DNA of 64,000 nucleotides from Armatimonadota bacterium (GTDB lineage: Bacteria > Armatimonadota > SYMT01). A model generated the notes under the pieces. It saw only the letters and a program-made list of their open reading frames with translations, was not told where the DNA came from and searched no databases. The position numbers and the translations under genes are program-made. Shown here one piece after another: positions 1-8,675 of the stretch (within the stretch, counting starts at the first letter, position 1; every line of letters begins with the position of its first letter). The DNA lies in the NCBI GenBank assembly GCA_041690135.1, contig JAWLHY010000017.1, positions 1 through 64,000 of the forward strand. Reading direction: 5' to 3'.

Positions 1-558
1 CGAAAAGATAAAGAGTCCATAAGCGGGTTCGGTCCGCACCGGTCCCCGGCTGGGACCGAACTTGGGTCCCGAATCTAAGTACTTTCACAGCCCCCTCGTG
101 CTCGTCGGTTACGGTGCGAGCATGATGTGGGCCTTACGCATACCCTTGGTCACGGTCCGCACCTGTCATGGCCGCAGTGCTTGCGCATGCTGTGTACTGT
201 ATTTCCAATGAGCACGCTCAGCCCCCGCATCGGGATTCATACTAGCGCCGCTCGGTCAACTGTTCCCCCTGTTGGTTATGGCATCCTGTTCTATAAGGCG
301 TATCCAAACCACCGGTGTTTCGCATCGTAGCTACAGTGGCGCAAGGAATCACGGCCGGGGCAGTCAGCATGAGCCCGCCCCGGCACCGTGCTCGCGACGA
401 AGATTGGTTCGCACGGGCCGCGAGTACCGCCTACAAAGCGTGGATGGACGTCATCAGGCGCTGGTTCCATGTCATCCGAGGCTCGGATCGTCACCAACGG
501 GCATCGCCCAAGGGGCACACGCCCTGTGCTACCTTGCGTATTCACCCCGGTGTGCGAC

Positions 559-1494
559 CTACCGGCAGCCGGCTCCTGCCAGCACGGCCGGCGCGTGCAT
601 CGTCTGGCCGGGGGCGTAGCGGCGCACCATCTCCACGCAGAATTCGGCGAACTCTTCCGGCTGCTGCGGTGGGCTGGTGTGGTGCGGTGCTACCCCGCGG
701 TGTTCCGGCGTGAAGCAGAACGTCACCGTCACCTGGAACTCGTCCAGGGCTTCCATCATTCGGTCGAACCATTCCAACGCGTCGGGGCGGTAGCGGTCGG
801 CCCAGCTCAAGCCGGTGCGGACATGCCGGACGCCGAGCTTGCGCAACCACCGGACGGCGTCATCGAGGCGATGATCTTCGAAGTGGAACCACTGGCAGAT
901 GCCCATTTCCGGTGCGTATTCGGAGAAGTGCGAGGCGGCCGGTTTGGGCGTACCGTCTTCCCGCAGCAGGCCCAGGTAAAAGTGGCGATAATAGGAAGAG
1001 CCTTCCGCTTCCCGGTGGCGGGTGGTCGCGGGCCATGCTTTCGGTAAGTCATACAGGCTGTACCAGTGGATGCGGGGAACCCGCCCCAACAGCAACTCCG
1101 CAGTGCGGCGGAGCCCCCAGTCCTGCACTTCTTCTGCGCCGAAGGTTGATACCCCGACCTCCGTAACCCAGATCGGGAGGTGGGTTACGGCGCGGATCTC
1201 ATCCAGCTTGTCCGGCCACTCGTGAATCGTCCAGTGGTTCCAGTCCAGCGGGAAGCCATGGACCGCCACCACGTCGACGTGATCAAGTACGCCGTGTCCC
1301 GCCAGCCGGCGGATAAAGTTCGGGTCGATGGGGGAGATGCCTCCCAGTACCCGGGGGAGCGCGGGGTTCTCACTGGCTACCGCCTGTGCGGCCAATTTCA
1401 CCATTTCGCTGAAGGCTAGCCACTCCGTATCGATCTCAAAATCCCAGTGCGATTTGTTGTTCGGTTCGTTCCAGAACTTGACTGCTTCGATCAT
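559..1494 (-). CDS. Clan GH-A glycoside hydrolase ('beta-xylosidase'-like), apparently circularly permuted
   Basis: WNEPN acid/base motif at the N-terminus and PIWVTEVG nucleophile motif; 4-nt overlap with the upstream methyltransferase. Confidence 0.8.
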   Translation of the reverse strand: MIEAVKFWNEPNNKSHWDFEIDTEWLAFSEMVKLAAQAVASENPALPRVLGGISPIDPNFIRRLAGHGVLDHVDVVAVHGFPLDWNHWTIHEWPDKLDEIRAVTHLPIWVTEVGVSTFGAEEVQDWGLRRTAELLLGRVPRIHWYSLYDLPKAWPATTRHREAEGSSYYRHFYLGLLREDGTPKPAASHFSEYAPEMGICQWFHFEDHRLDDAVRWLRKLGVRHVRTGLSWADRYRPDALEWFDRMMEALDEFQVTVTFCFTPEHRGVAPHHTSPPQQPEEFAEFCVEMVRRYAPGQTMHAPAVLAGAGCR

Positions 1495-2291
1495 TCTCCA
1501 TCCTCATCCTGGCGATCCACGCCCTCAGGCCCGCAGGCCGGGTAAACGGCGCGCGGCTCGCCTCCCATCTCCATCCGACGACACAAGTAGACTTCCGGCT
1601 CCGGGTGTTCCAGAAGCTCGAAGCCCGCGCTGCGCAGCATAGCCTCCGAACATGCCCGGTTCGGAATCCACCAGTTGGTCGGGTCGTGCGAGTAGCGGTG
1701 CTCCACGAAGTGCAGGCGCGGGTAGCCCGGCCGGTCGAAGACTTTCTCTTCCGAGAAGGGGTAGTCTCGTTCGAGAGGCTCTACTTCTTCAGCACCTCGT
1801 TGCAGCGATTGGAAAACCAACAGGTCCCGCGCGACATGGGCATGGATCAGGTCCAGGGCCAGTAGGGGGTGACGCAGGTGGTAGAGCACTCCCATGAAGA
1901 GCACCAGGTCGAACTTCTCGCCCAGTTGCGCCACGTCGTAGACGGTTAACCGGCGGAACTCAATGTCCAGACCACTGACCTCCGCGGCGAACCGGGCCTG
2001 CGCCAGGTAGCGCTCGTCATGGTCCATGCCCAGCACCCGGTCCGCGCCGCGGCGCTTCATCTCCATCGAGTAGAAGCCGGCGTTGCAGCCGATATCGAGC
2101 ACGCTCTTGCCGCGGAGGTCCGCCGGAATCACACGCGAGAAGCGCCGCCACTTGACTGCGGGGTAGTCCCCGAGGAAGTGGTCCGGGGCAGTCTTGACCC
2201 CGCCGAGGTCGAGGTTGTGAAACCAGGTCCCGAGCTCCCGTATGCGCTGTTCAATCTGCGCGCGGGAGAGGGATGTCTCCATCATAGCCAA
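1491..2291 (-). CDS. Class I SAM-dependent methyltransferase (TIGR04290 / CmoB-like)
   Basis: VLDIGCNAGFY motif I, FDLVLFMGVLYHLRHP, DPTNWWIPN; GGAGG RBS before TTG 2291 (ATG 2285 is an alternative start). Confidence 0.9.
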   Translation of the reverse strand: MAMMETSLSRAQIEQRIRELGTWFHNLDLGGVKTAPDHFLGDYPAVKWRRFSRVIPADLRGKSVLDIGCNAGFYSMEMKRRGADRVLGMDHDERYLAQARFAAEVSGLDIEFRRLTVYDVAQLGEKFDLVLFMGVLYHLRHPLLALDLIHAHVARDLLVFQSLQRGAEEVEPLERDYPFSEEKVFDRPGYPRLHFVEHRYSHDPTNWWIPNRACSEAMLRSAGFELLEHPEPEVYLCRRMEMGGEPRAVYPACGPEGVDRQDEDGE

Positions 2292-2304
2292 GGCGGGCCT
2301 CCCT

Positions 2305-3390
2305 CTAGCTCTGCGGACCGCCTTGAATAAACGCTTCCGTCCGCTCGCGTGCCTCTCCGTCCGTGAACTGCTGCGGCGGCGTCTTCATAAAGTAGCTGGA
2401 CGGGCCGGTGAGTGCTCCGCCGATCCCCCGGTCGAGGGCCAGCTTGGCGCAGCGCACCGCATCGATGACCACGCCGGCGGAGTTGGGGGAGTCCCACACC
2501 TCGAGCTTGAGCTCGCAGTGGAGCGGCACGTTCCCGAAGGTGGTGCCTTCCATCCGGATGTAGCAGAACTTCCGGTCTTCCAGCCACGGCACGTAGTCGC
2601 TCGGCCCCACGTGGGCGTCGGCGTCCGACATGTCATAGTCGAGTTGGCTGGTGACGGCGCGTGTCTTGGAGACCTTTTTCGATTCCAGGCGCTCCCGCTC
2701 GAGCATGTTCATGAAGTCCGTGTTGCCGCCGAAGTTAAGCTGGTATGTTCGGTCGAGCCGCACGCCACGGTCGCGGAACAGGTTGGTCAGCACCCGGTGG
2801 GTAATCGTGGCCCCCACCTGGGACTTGATGTCGTCGCCGATGATCGGGAGGCGCCGCTCTTCGAAGTGCCGGCGCCAGTACTCCTGAGAGGCGATGAAGA
2901 CCGGGACGCAGTTAATGAACCCGCATCCCGCCTCAAGAGCCTGCTCGGCATACCAGCGGCTCGCCTGCTCCGACCCGACGGGGAGGTAATTGATGAGCAC
3001 GTCCGTTCCGGAGTCCTTGAGCACCCGCGCTACGTCGACCGGCGCCTCCGACGACTCTTCGACCACCTGGCTGACGTACTTGCCCAGGCCATCCATGGTC
3101 GGTCCCCGGTGCACCCGCACTCCCAGTTGCGGCACCTCCGCAAACCGATAGGTGTTGTTGGGAGACGCGAGGAGTGCCTCGCTCAGGTCTTTGCCGACCT
3201 TGGCCGCGCTCACATCGAAAGCGGCGGAGAACTCGATGTCCCGGATATGATAGCCACCCAGGTTGACGTGCATCAGGCCCGGCACGCTCTCCTGCTCATT
3301 GGCATCCCGGTAGAACTGCACGCCCTGAACCAGAGACGATGCGCAGTTGCCCGCGCCGATGATCGCTACTCGGATTCGCTGCTTACTCAC
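2305..3390 (-). CDS. ino1: myo-inositol-1-phosphate synthase
   Basis: [51 protein letters not shown]; probable GTG start at 3390 (the ORF track extends to 3510). Confidence 0.95.
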   Translation of the reverse strand: MSKQRIRVAIIGAGNCASSLVQGVQFYRDANEQESVPGLMHVNLGGYHIRDIEFSAAFDVSAAKVGKDLSEALLASPNNTYRFAEVPQLGVRVHRGPTMDGLGKYVSQVVEESSEAPVDVARVLKDSGTDVLINYLPVGSEQASRWYAEQALEAGCGFINCVPVFIASQEYWRRHFEERRLPIIGDDIKSQVGATITHRVLTNLFRDRGVRLDRTYQLNFGGNTDFMNMLERERLESKKVSKTRAVTSQLDYDMSDADAHVGPSDYVPWLEDRKFCYIRMEGTTFGNVPLHCELKLEVWDSPNSAGVVIDAVRCAKLALDRGIGGALTGPSSYFMKTPPQQFTDGEARERTEAFIQGGPQS

Positions 3391-3541
3391 TTTAGAGGAC
3401 CTTCCTTCATCACCGACTCTACCGGCATCGTCGGCCGCGCCGGATGCACCAGGGGTTCCGCCGCGCGAGCCTCGCATGGGAGAGGGTGGAGAAGACTCAC
3501 GCGACGACAAACCCGCAAGCCGCGGGCGAGCTACAAAGAAG

Positions 3542-3568
3542 CTTCCCGTAGCGGGTTGGGGCTAAACC
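3542..3568 (-). promoter_or_regulatory. Putative SigB/SigF-type promoter of the ino1 operon
   Basis: GGTTT-N16-GGGAAG on the minus strand. Confidence 0.55.
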
Positions 3569-3599
3569 TGGCATGCCCTCTGTCCGAGGGGATGCAGGT

Positions 3600-3755
3600 G
3601 GTCAGGCCCCCCTGTGGGGGGTAAATGTTCGGGTGGTCAGGCCCCCCTGTGGGGGGGGGGAACATTCGGGCATTGGGCATTCGGGCGGTCAGACCCCCCT
3701 GTGGGGGGTAAACATTCGGGCATTGGGGTCCCCTGTGGGGAGGGAACATTCAGGG
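3600..3755. repeat. Cluster of 4 REP-like palindromic units (CCCCCCTGTGGGGGG core plus a CATTCGGG-type tail)
   Basis: Cores near 3607, 3642, 3694 and a degenerate one near 3730; no unique spacers. Confidence 0.8.
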
Positions 3756-3815
3756 CATCGGAAAATGCCAGTGGTCATCCTTCGACAATTTCTACGATCG
3801 TCTTGGCGAGGAGCG

Positions 3816-3890
3816 ATGGACCCGCAGCAACTTCCCAAATCTGATGAGCCTCCCGCCGAAGCACACGACTACCCGATCTCGATCCCGTGA
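3816..3890 (+). CDS. Possible 24-aa peptide MDPQQLPKSDEPPAEAHDYPISIP
   Basis: GAGGAG immediately upstream of ATG; no family recognised. Confidence 0.25.
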   Translation: MDPQQLPKSDEPPAEAHDYPISIP

Positions 3891-4056
3891 GCGACGTGGC
3901 CAGCCCCCTGAGCAGGGAAGCCGTCCTTACGAGGGGTCCTCATCCTAATCGTAATATTAGTCCTAATCTATTCGGACCCCTGGTCAGGGCACCTACCATA
4001 GATTTGCACCCATTGCTTCCTGTTCTGCTACGGGATATCCTTTGAGTCAATTGCCT

Positions 4057-4094
4057 TCATCCCTCATCCCTCATCCTTCATCCTTCATCCTTCA
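4057..4094. repeat. Heptamer tandem repeat (TCATCCY)x5
   Basis: Read directly; it ends just before the ATG at 4097. Confidence 0.9.
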
Positions 4095-4096
4095 AA

Positions 4097-4804
4097 ATGA
4101 TGCCGCGAACGATTGCGATTGGGGACATCCACGGAAACGCTTACCTCCTCGAAGGCTTGCTGCGACAGGTGAAAGAGCGAGCACAGCCAGGGGACACTCT
4201 GGTGTTCATCGGGGACTATATCGACCGGGGCGCCGACAGCCGGGAAGTGGTCGAAATGGTGCTGCGTACTCGGGAGGAGTGGAACGGCCTCGTGGTGTGC
4301 CTGCGCGGCAATCACGAGGATATGCTCCTCGACTCGCTCGGCGAGGCCGCCACACGGACCTACGATTCCGGCTTGTGGGAGTACAACGGCGGCGACGAAG
4401 CAATCCAATCGTATGCCAGTCACTATGGGGGGCCGTGGCCCGACTGCCTTCCCGAGGAACACCGCCGCTTCTTCCGGGAGCTGCGGTTGTGGCACGAGGA
4501 TGAGCACGCCTTCTACGTGCATGCGGGTCTGGAGCCAGGACAGCGGCCCGAGGAGACGGACCCCTCGGAGTTGGTCTGGATCCGCGACCGGTTCATCGAT
4601 TGCGAGTACGACTGGGGGAAGCCGGTAGTGTTCGGCCATACCCCCCAGTTCGAGGGGTCGGAAGAGATCCAGAGCATCGAAGAGATCGAGGTCTGGCGCC
4701 CGCTGAACTGGCCCGAGAAGATCGGTATCGATACCGGCGCGGCTTATGGCGGTCCGCTCTGCGCCGTGATTATGCCCGAGCGAGATTTCTTGGTAGAAGG
4801 GTAA
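4097..4804 (+). CDS. Calcineurin-like metallophosphoesterase (PPP/PphA-like Ser/Thr phosphatase)
   Basis: GDIHG, GDYIDRG, RGNHE, VHAG, FGHTP and IDTG motifs. Confidence 0.92.
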   Translation: MMPRTIAIGDIHGNAYLLEGLLRQVKERAQPGDTLVFIGDYIDRGADSREVVEMVLRTREEWNGLVVCLRGNHEDMLLDSLGEAATRTYDSGLWEYNGGDEAIQSYASHYGGPWPDCLPEEHRRFFRELRLWHEDEHAFYVHAGLEPGQRPEETDPSELVWIRDRFIDCEYDWGKPVVFGHTPQFEGSEEIQSIEEIEVWRPLNWPEKIGIDTGAAYGGPLCAVIMPERDFLVEG

Positions 4805-4816
4805 GGACCAACGGGA

Positions 4817-5377
4817 TTACGCAGCCCGCCGTTCTCGGTGGGTGAGCACCTCTTCCTCAGCCTCGTCACGGCGGCGCAGCCCGAAAAACCCGAGTAGGCC
4901 GAAAAGACCGAGCCAACCCCACTGGAACTCCTGAATGGGCTGTGCTGCCGCGGGTCCGACCGCTCCCCCCGGGTAGGCATCCCGATCGCGGTCGATAATC
5001 AGACCTTCGTTACCGGTAGCTCGCTCTCCGCCGCCGCCCGCTCCGCTATCGGGAATGTCTCCCGCATTTCCACCCATTCCGCCAACCGCACCGCGTCCGT
5101 ATTGGCCCCCACCGATGTCCCGACCCTGGCGGGTTCCGGAGACGCCACCTGTATCCGGAATGTCACCTGCATTTCCGCCGATGCCTCCACGGGTCCCGGC
5201 CCCATACTCCGGACGCACGATCGTCGAAGCGCCGCCGCTACCGGTCGGACCCTCGGTCGTGCCGATCCCCATGCCGCCGGTAGGATCGCCCAGCGAGCCC
5301 TGTCCCAGAGCCGGACCGGCGAAAGCCAGACCCGCGACAGCAGTCACGATTGCGGTTGCGGTCGCCAACGGTTTCAT
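4817..5377 (-). CDS. Secreted Gly-rich protein with a WGxxGxxG-CTERM-type tail
   Basis: Signal peptide MKPLATATAIVTAVAGLAFAGPALG; C-terminal FQWGWLGLFGLLGFFGLRRR; internal duplicated GG(I/M)GGNAGDIPD(T/S)G. Confidence 0.85.
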   Translation of the reverse strand: MKPLATATAIVTAVAGLAFAGPALGQGSLGDPTGGMGIGTTEGPTGSGGASTIVRPEYGAGTRGGIGGNAGDIPDTGGVSGTRQGRDIGGGQYGRGAVGGMGGNAGDIPDSGAGGGGERATGNEGLIIDRDRDAYPGGAVGPAAAQPIQEFQWGWLGLFGLLGFFGLRRRDEAEEEVLTHRERRAA

Positions 5378-5479
5378 CCTCGCTCCACTCCCCATCCTCA
5401 AGTTCCCATCCTCAAATGTCTATTGCCGATGCCCAATTACCCGGGCAAACTCCACCGGCACTTCGGCCGCGGGTGAACT

Positions 5480-5505
5480 TTACCCAGGCGGGATGCGCTT
5501 CAACC
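5480..5505 (-). promoter_or_regulatory. Putative SigB/SigF-type promoter
   Basis: GGTT-N16-GGGTAA upstream of the gene starting at 5377. Confidence 0.55.
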
Positions 5506-5515
5506 CGGCGGCATG

Positions 5516-5542
5516 GGTTTCGTCCTCTCCGCGTCCGGGCAA
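5516..5542 (+). promoter_or_regulatory. Putative SigB/SigF-type promoter
   Basis: GGTTT-N16-GGGCAA, 35 nt upstream of ATG 5578. Confidence 0.55.
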
Positions 5543-5577
5543 GGACCCAGCAGAGTGAGATGACTGGGAGAGCTGCC

Positions 5578-5814
5578 ATGAACCTGAACAAGCCAATCCG
5601 TGAGGAAGAAACGATCCGCCAGAACACGGGAGTATTGGATCGAGATTTGGCTCGAGATGAGGAGAACGAGCCGGAGACGGAAATCATCAACGGCGAAACC
5701 ACCGCTCCGGGAGCCTACGGGAAGACCAGCGGCGGGATGCCGAAAGGAACCCCGCCTGCCGGACAGCAGGCCCGCAATCCGGAAGGAACAACGGTAGAAG
5801 ACACTGGTTCCTGA
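5578..5814 (+). CDS. Small acidic hydrophilic hypothetical protein (78 aa)
   Basis: GGGAGAG RBS; MNLNKPIREEETIRQNTG..., rich in E/G/T; GC hairpin follows at about 5820-5846. Confidence 0.7.
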   Translation: MNLNKPIREEETIRQNTGVLDRDLARDEENEPETEIINGETTAPGAYGKTSGGMPKGTPPAGQQARNPEGTTVEDTGS

Positions 5815-5972
5815 GATATGCGGCGGATATCGGAGATTCGCCGCGCACTGCTGGATGCATGTGGGGAGAGCTTCCGCACCGAAGCTCTCCCCTCCCATTC
5901 CCGGTTCAGGTTTTAGCTGACAGGGTGATGCGGTCTTTTTCCTGCTGGCCCTGGGCGACCTGCCGGTATCCA

Positions 5973-6698
5973 TCAAGTTGCCGGACCGCGCTCGCGGACC
6001 ACTACGGGATGCTCTCGCTCGCGGCGCTTTCGTCCCATCAGTCCGAAGAGGCCCGCCAATCCAAAGATACCGATCCAACTCCAGTCGGTGCCCCGGTCCT
6101 CCACGACGGGGACGGTGACCTGCCCGACTGCGCCTTCCGGAATACCTCTGCCAACAGGTGCTCCGGCACCCCCTGTTGTACCCGTGCCTGTCGCACCGCC
6201 GGTTCCGGTCGTACCTGTCGTGCCGGCCACTCCTGGAGCACCGCCGGTATCGGGGAGCACTTCGGGCTCCGTCCCGATACCCGGCTGCTGTCCCGACTCG
6301 AGGCGATCCGGGGTGACGCCTCCTACTGTACCATCGCCGCCACCGGGTGGTGTCGGCTGCGCCTGACTGCCGGCGCCGCCGGTGGTCCTACCCGTTTCGC
6401 CAATGGCACTACCCGTTTCCCCGGTGGCTTCCGTGCCGCCCTGGGCGCCAACTCCGGCGCCGCCGGTGGCGCCCGGAGCCTGGCCGGTCGAACCCGCAGC
6501 CGATCCAGGACCGCCGGTTGTTCCGCTCCGCTGCGGAGCGGAACCGGTCCCACCCAGGGTGGACCCGCTGCCAGCGCCGATGCCCCCGCCCGTGCCGGTA
6601 CCGGCGCCCGCACCGGTACCCTGGGCCAGGACCGGCGCCGCTGTTGCCAGCCCGATGGCGATACCGGCCGTTGCGGCACCCCTAACAAATCGCTTCAT
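5973..6698 (-). CDS. Second secreted Gly/Thr-rich protein with a WGxxGxxG-CTERM-like tail
   Basis: GGAGG RBS; signal peptide MKRFVRGAATAGIAIGLATAAPVLA; C-terminal DWSWIGIFGLAGLFGLMGRKRR. Confidence 0.85.
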   Translation of the reverse strand: MKRFVRGAATAGIAIGLATAAPVLAQGTGAGAGTGTGGGIGAGSGSTLGGTGSAPQRSGTTGGPGSAAGSTGQAPGATGGAGVGAQGGTEATGETGSAIGETGRTTGGAGSQAQPTPPGGGDGTVGGVTPDRLESGQQPGIGTEPEVLPDTGGAPGVAGTTGTTGTGGATGTGTTGGAGAPVGRGIPEGAVGQVTVPVVEDRGTDWSWIGIFGLAGLFGLMGRKRREREHPVVVRERGPAT

Positions 6699-6741
6699 GT
6701 GTGCTCCTCCCATTGCGTTGCCCTCGCGTTGCGGCCCCTAT

Positions 6742-6767
6742 TTACCCGGTGCTGTCGACGCCTAACC
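6742..6767 (-). promoter_or_regulatory. Putative SigB/SigF-type promoter
   Basis: GGTT-N16-GGGTAA, 43 nt upstream of ATG 6698. Confidence 0.6.
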
Positions 6768-6785
6768 GGTCGTCGCGGAGAGGTT

Positions 6786-6811
6786 GTTTGGCGAAGGCGG
6801 GATGGGGGAAA
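6786..6811 (+). promoter_or_regulatory. Putative SigB/SigF-type promoter of the STAS gene
   Basis: GTTT-N16-GGGAAA. Confidence 0.55.
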
Positions 6812-6891
6812 GCATTGAGGGGTACCCGGAACTGTGCCGATTTTCCACGGATCGCGGAATCCGCCGGGGGCCGCCACCACTTCTAGAACGC

Positions 6892-7314
6892 ATGACTTTA
6901 TCGATTGATTCCTGTACGTTTCCCGCGCATTCCCCGACACAGACGAACGAAGACAACTGCCCATCCGGCGTCTGGGTGCGGGAGGCGGGGCGAATGGTCC
7001 TCGCGGAGATCGCCGGTGCGCTGGACATCGACCAGACTCCATCTCTCTTGAATCAGCTTCTTCCGCTCTGCCGGGCATCGCGCCGGGTCGTTCTCGATCT
7101 GCGCCGGGCTGAGTTCATCGACAGCACGGGGGTGCGCGGCCTGTTGAGTCTCCAGAAGGCCACCGAAGAAGCCGGCGGACAGTTCCGCCTGGTGACGACC
7201 GAAAACAGCCAGGTCCGGCGCATTCTCAAGCTGTTGGCCATCAACGGCCGTTTCGCCATGTTCGAGAGCGCCATCGATGCCTGGATCACCCGCTGGGACG
7301 ACGGTCTTAGTTGA
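6892..7314 (+). CDS. STAS-domain anti-sigma-factor antagonist (RsbV/SpoIIAA-like)
   Basis: IAGALDI...VVLDLRRAEFIDSTGVRGLL with the phosphorylatable Ser; start uncertain (6892 or 6994). Confidence 0.85.
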   Translation: MTLSIDSCTFPAHSPTQTNEDNCPSGVWVREAGRMVLAEIAGALDIDQTPSLLNQLLPLCRASRRVVLDLRRAEFIDSTGVRGLLSLQKATEEAGGQFRLVTTENSQVRRILKLLAINGRFAMFESAIDAWITRWDDGLS

Positions 7315-7395
7315 GAATGAAGGTAGGCTCGCGCCGAAGGGGTAGTTGAGGGACTAGGCCGGGGGCTAACATGCCCCCGGTCGTCCGGCCGCGGA

Positions 7396-7854
7396 CTACC
7401 GTCCCGATTTGCTGATCGGAACTTCGTCCTCCGTATCCTCATAGGAGTCGGAGCCGGGAGCCGCACCGACTCCCGTCGCACCGATCCCGGCGACACCGCC
7501 AATTCCCGAGGAGCCGGGTCCTCCCTCCTCAGGCGAATGGAGCCCGCCAACAACGTCGCCACCGGCAACCTGGTCGCCGAGGATCTCATCGTCCCGGGGC
7601 GGTCCGTCTGTTACCGGCCCACCCGCCGAGCGTCCGGGCGCCGGGCCTCCTTCGACCGCCGTATCGGAGGTGGCACCAAAGAGGCCGGTATCCGTGCGGG
7701 CGCTCCCTTCGGTTTCATCGGCGCCGGCGCGCGTTCCAAAGGTACCAACGTTATCCGGTCCCGGCGGATTGACCCCACCCGTGCCACTCAGGGGCAGACC
7801 ACCCGGCCCTTGTCCGTCCGCAGCGAAGAACCAGGTGAGCCGAACATCAGTCAT
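7396..7854 (-). CDS. Gly/Asp-rich low-complexity hypothetical protein
   Basis: 152-aa ORF whose start overlaps the end of the upstream gene; GGAAGG upstream. Confidence 0.65.
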   Translation of the reverse strand: MTDVRLTWFFAADGQGPGGLPLSGTGGVNPPGPDNVGTFGTRAGADETEGSARTDTGLFGATSDTAVEGGPAPGRSAGGPVTDGPPRDDEILGDQVAGGDVVGGLHSPEEGGPGSSGIGGVAGIGATGVGAAPGSDSYEDTEDEVPISKSGR

Positions 7855-8197
7855 TTGGCGTTCCTACCTTGCGCCCATCGTCGCGGTTCTTGCCCCAATG
7901 GTCGGCGCCAGGATTCGCGGTTGTGGTGCCCCCGGCGGGAGTTCCGGTATGTACGCCCTCGATCGGCACGCCGGTTTTTGTTTCGCCTCGTGGAGCCTCC
8001 AGGCGCTCCATCAGCTCCTCATGCTCGTCCTGGTGCTCTTCGTTATCGGCCACCATCGTGCCGCCCTGGCGCTTGGGGCGCGAACCTTCGTGAGTATCTC
8101 CGGGGATGGGGCCGCTCAGCGGTCGGCCCGGGTGGGGCGTGTCCGTCTTGCTCGCCTTCTCTTCCATCCGTTCGATTAACGGTTTTTCGTCCTTCAT
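7847..8197 (-). CDS. Hydrophilic acidic hypothetical protein (116 aa, MKDEKPLIERMEE...)
   Basis: GAGGGAGAGAGG RBS; corresponds to the C-terminal part of track ORF 7847..8710. Confidence 0.7.
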   Translation of the reverse strand: MKDEKPLIERMEEKASKTDTPHPGRPLSGPIPGDTHEGSRPKRQGGTMVADNEEHQDEHEELMERLEAPRGETKTGVPIEGVHTGTPAGGTTTANPGADHWGKNRDDGRKVGTPND

Positions 8198-8262
8198 GCC
8201 TCTCTCCCTCTGCGGGGAGCGCCAGTGAGCCGCCACCGGCGGTACTGCGCCCCGTAGGCACT

Positions 8263-8288
8263 TTCCCCGGCGGGTTCGGGCTCGAAAC
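8263..8288 (-). promoter_or_regulatory. Putative SigB/SigF-type promoter
   Basis: GTTT-N16-GGGGAA upstream of ATG 8197. Confidence 0.55.
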
Positions 8289-8309
8289 ACTCCGTAGAGG
8301 GTAGGGGAA

Positions 8310-8675
8310 TTACTCCGGAGTCTCTTCCACGGCATCCCGGATGCGGCGTTCGGCCACGTTGAGGTCGAGACTGCTCCGGTCGCGGAGGATGTCACGCACC
8401 GTCTGGTTGACGGTGCCGAGGTCTTCCAGCAGGTCCCGCAGGATTTCCTGCTGCTGGCGAGCGCGCGTGACCTCCCGTGGCTCGCGGACGAGATCGCGTA
8501 CCAGGGAATCCTCGGCACGGGAAGCGACCAGGGGTTCTTCCTGGTTCTCGATGTATACGAAGGTTCGGCGTCCGGGGCCGCGTTCTTCCTCAATCGGCAC
8601 GACCGCGGTGACCCGATCCGATCGTACATACCGGCCGTAGCCCAGGTGCACCAGCACCCCAGTTTGAATGCGCAT
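8310..8675 (-). CDS. Conserved-looking hypothetical protein; N-terminus weakly RemA/DUF370-like
   Basis: GAGGAG RBS; LVHLGYGRYVRSDRVTAV; helical C-terminus. Confidence 0.7.
   Translation of the reverse strand: MRIQTGVLVHLGYGRYVRSDRVTAVVPIEEERGPGRRTFVYIENQEEPLVASRAEDSLVRDLVREPREVTRARQQQEILRDLLEDLGTVNQTVRDILRDRSSLDLNVAERRIRDAVEETPE

Noticed and set aside
1-558. Short ORFs or an ncRNA in the first 550 bp
   Set aside because: No recognisable protein motif, RBS or RNA family; left unannotated.
3600-3755. Possible CRISPR array
   Set aside because: Units are degenerate, spacing is irregular, there are no unique spacers, and no cas genes are present.
4012-4037. Stress-type promoter for the metallophosphoesterase (ATTG-N16-GGGATA)
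   Set aside because: The -35 match is too poor to count with the other sites.
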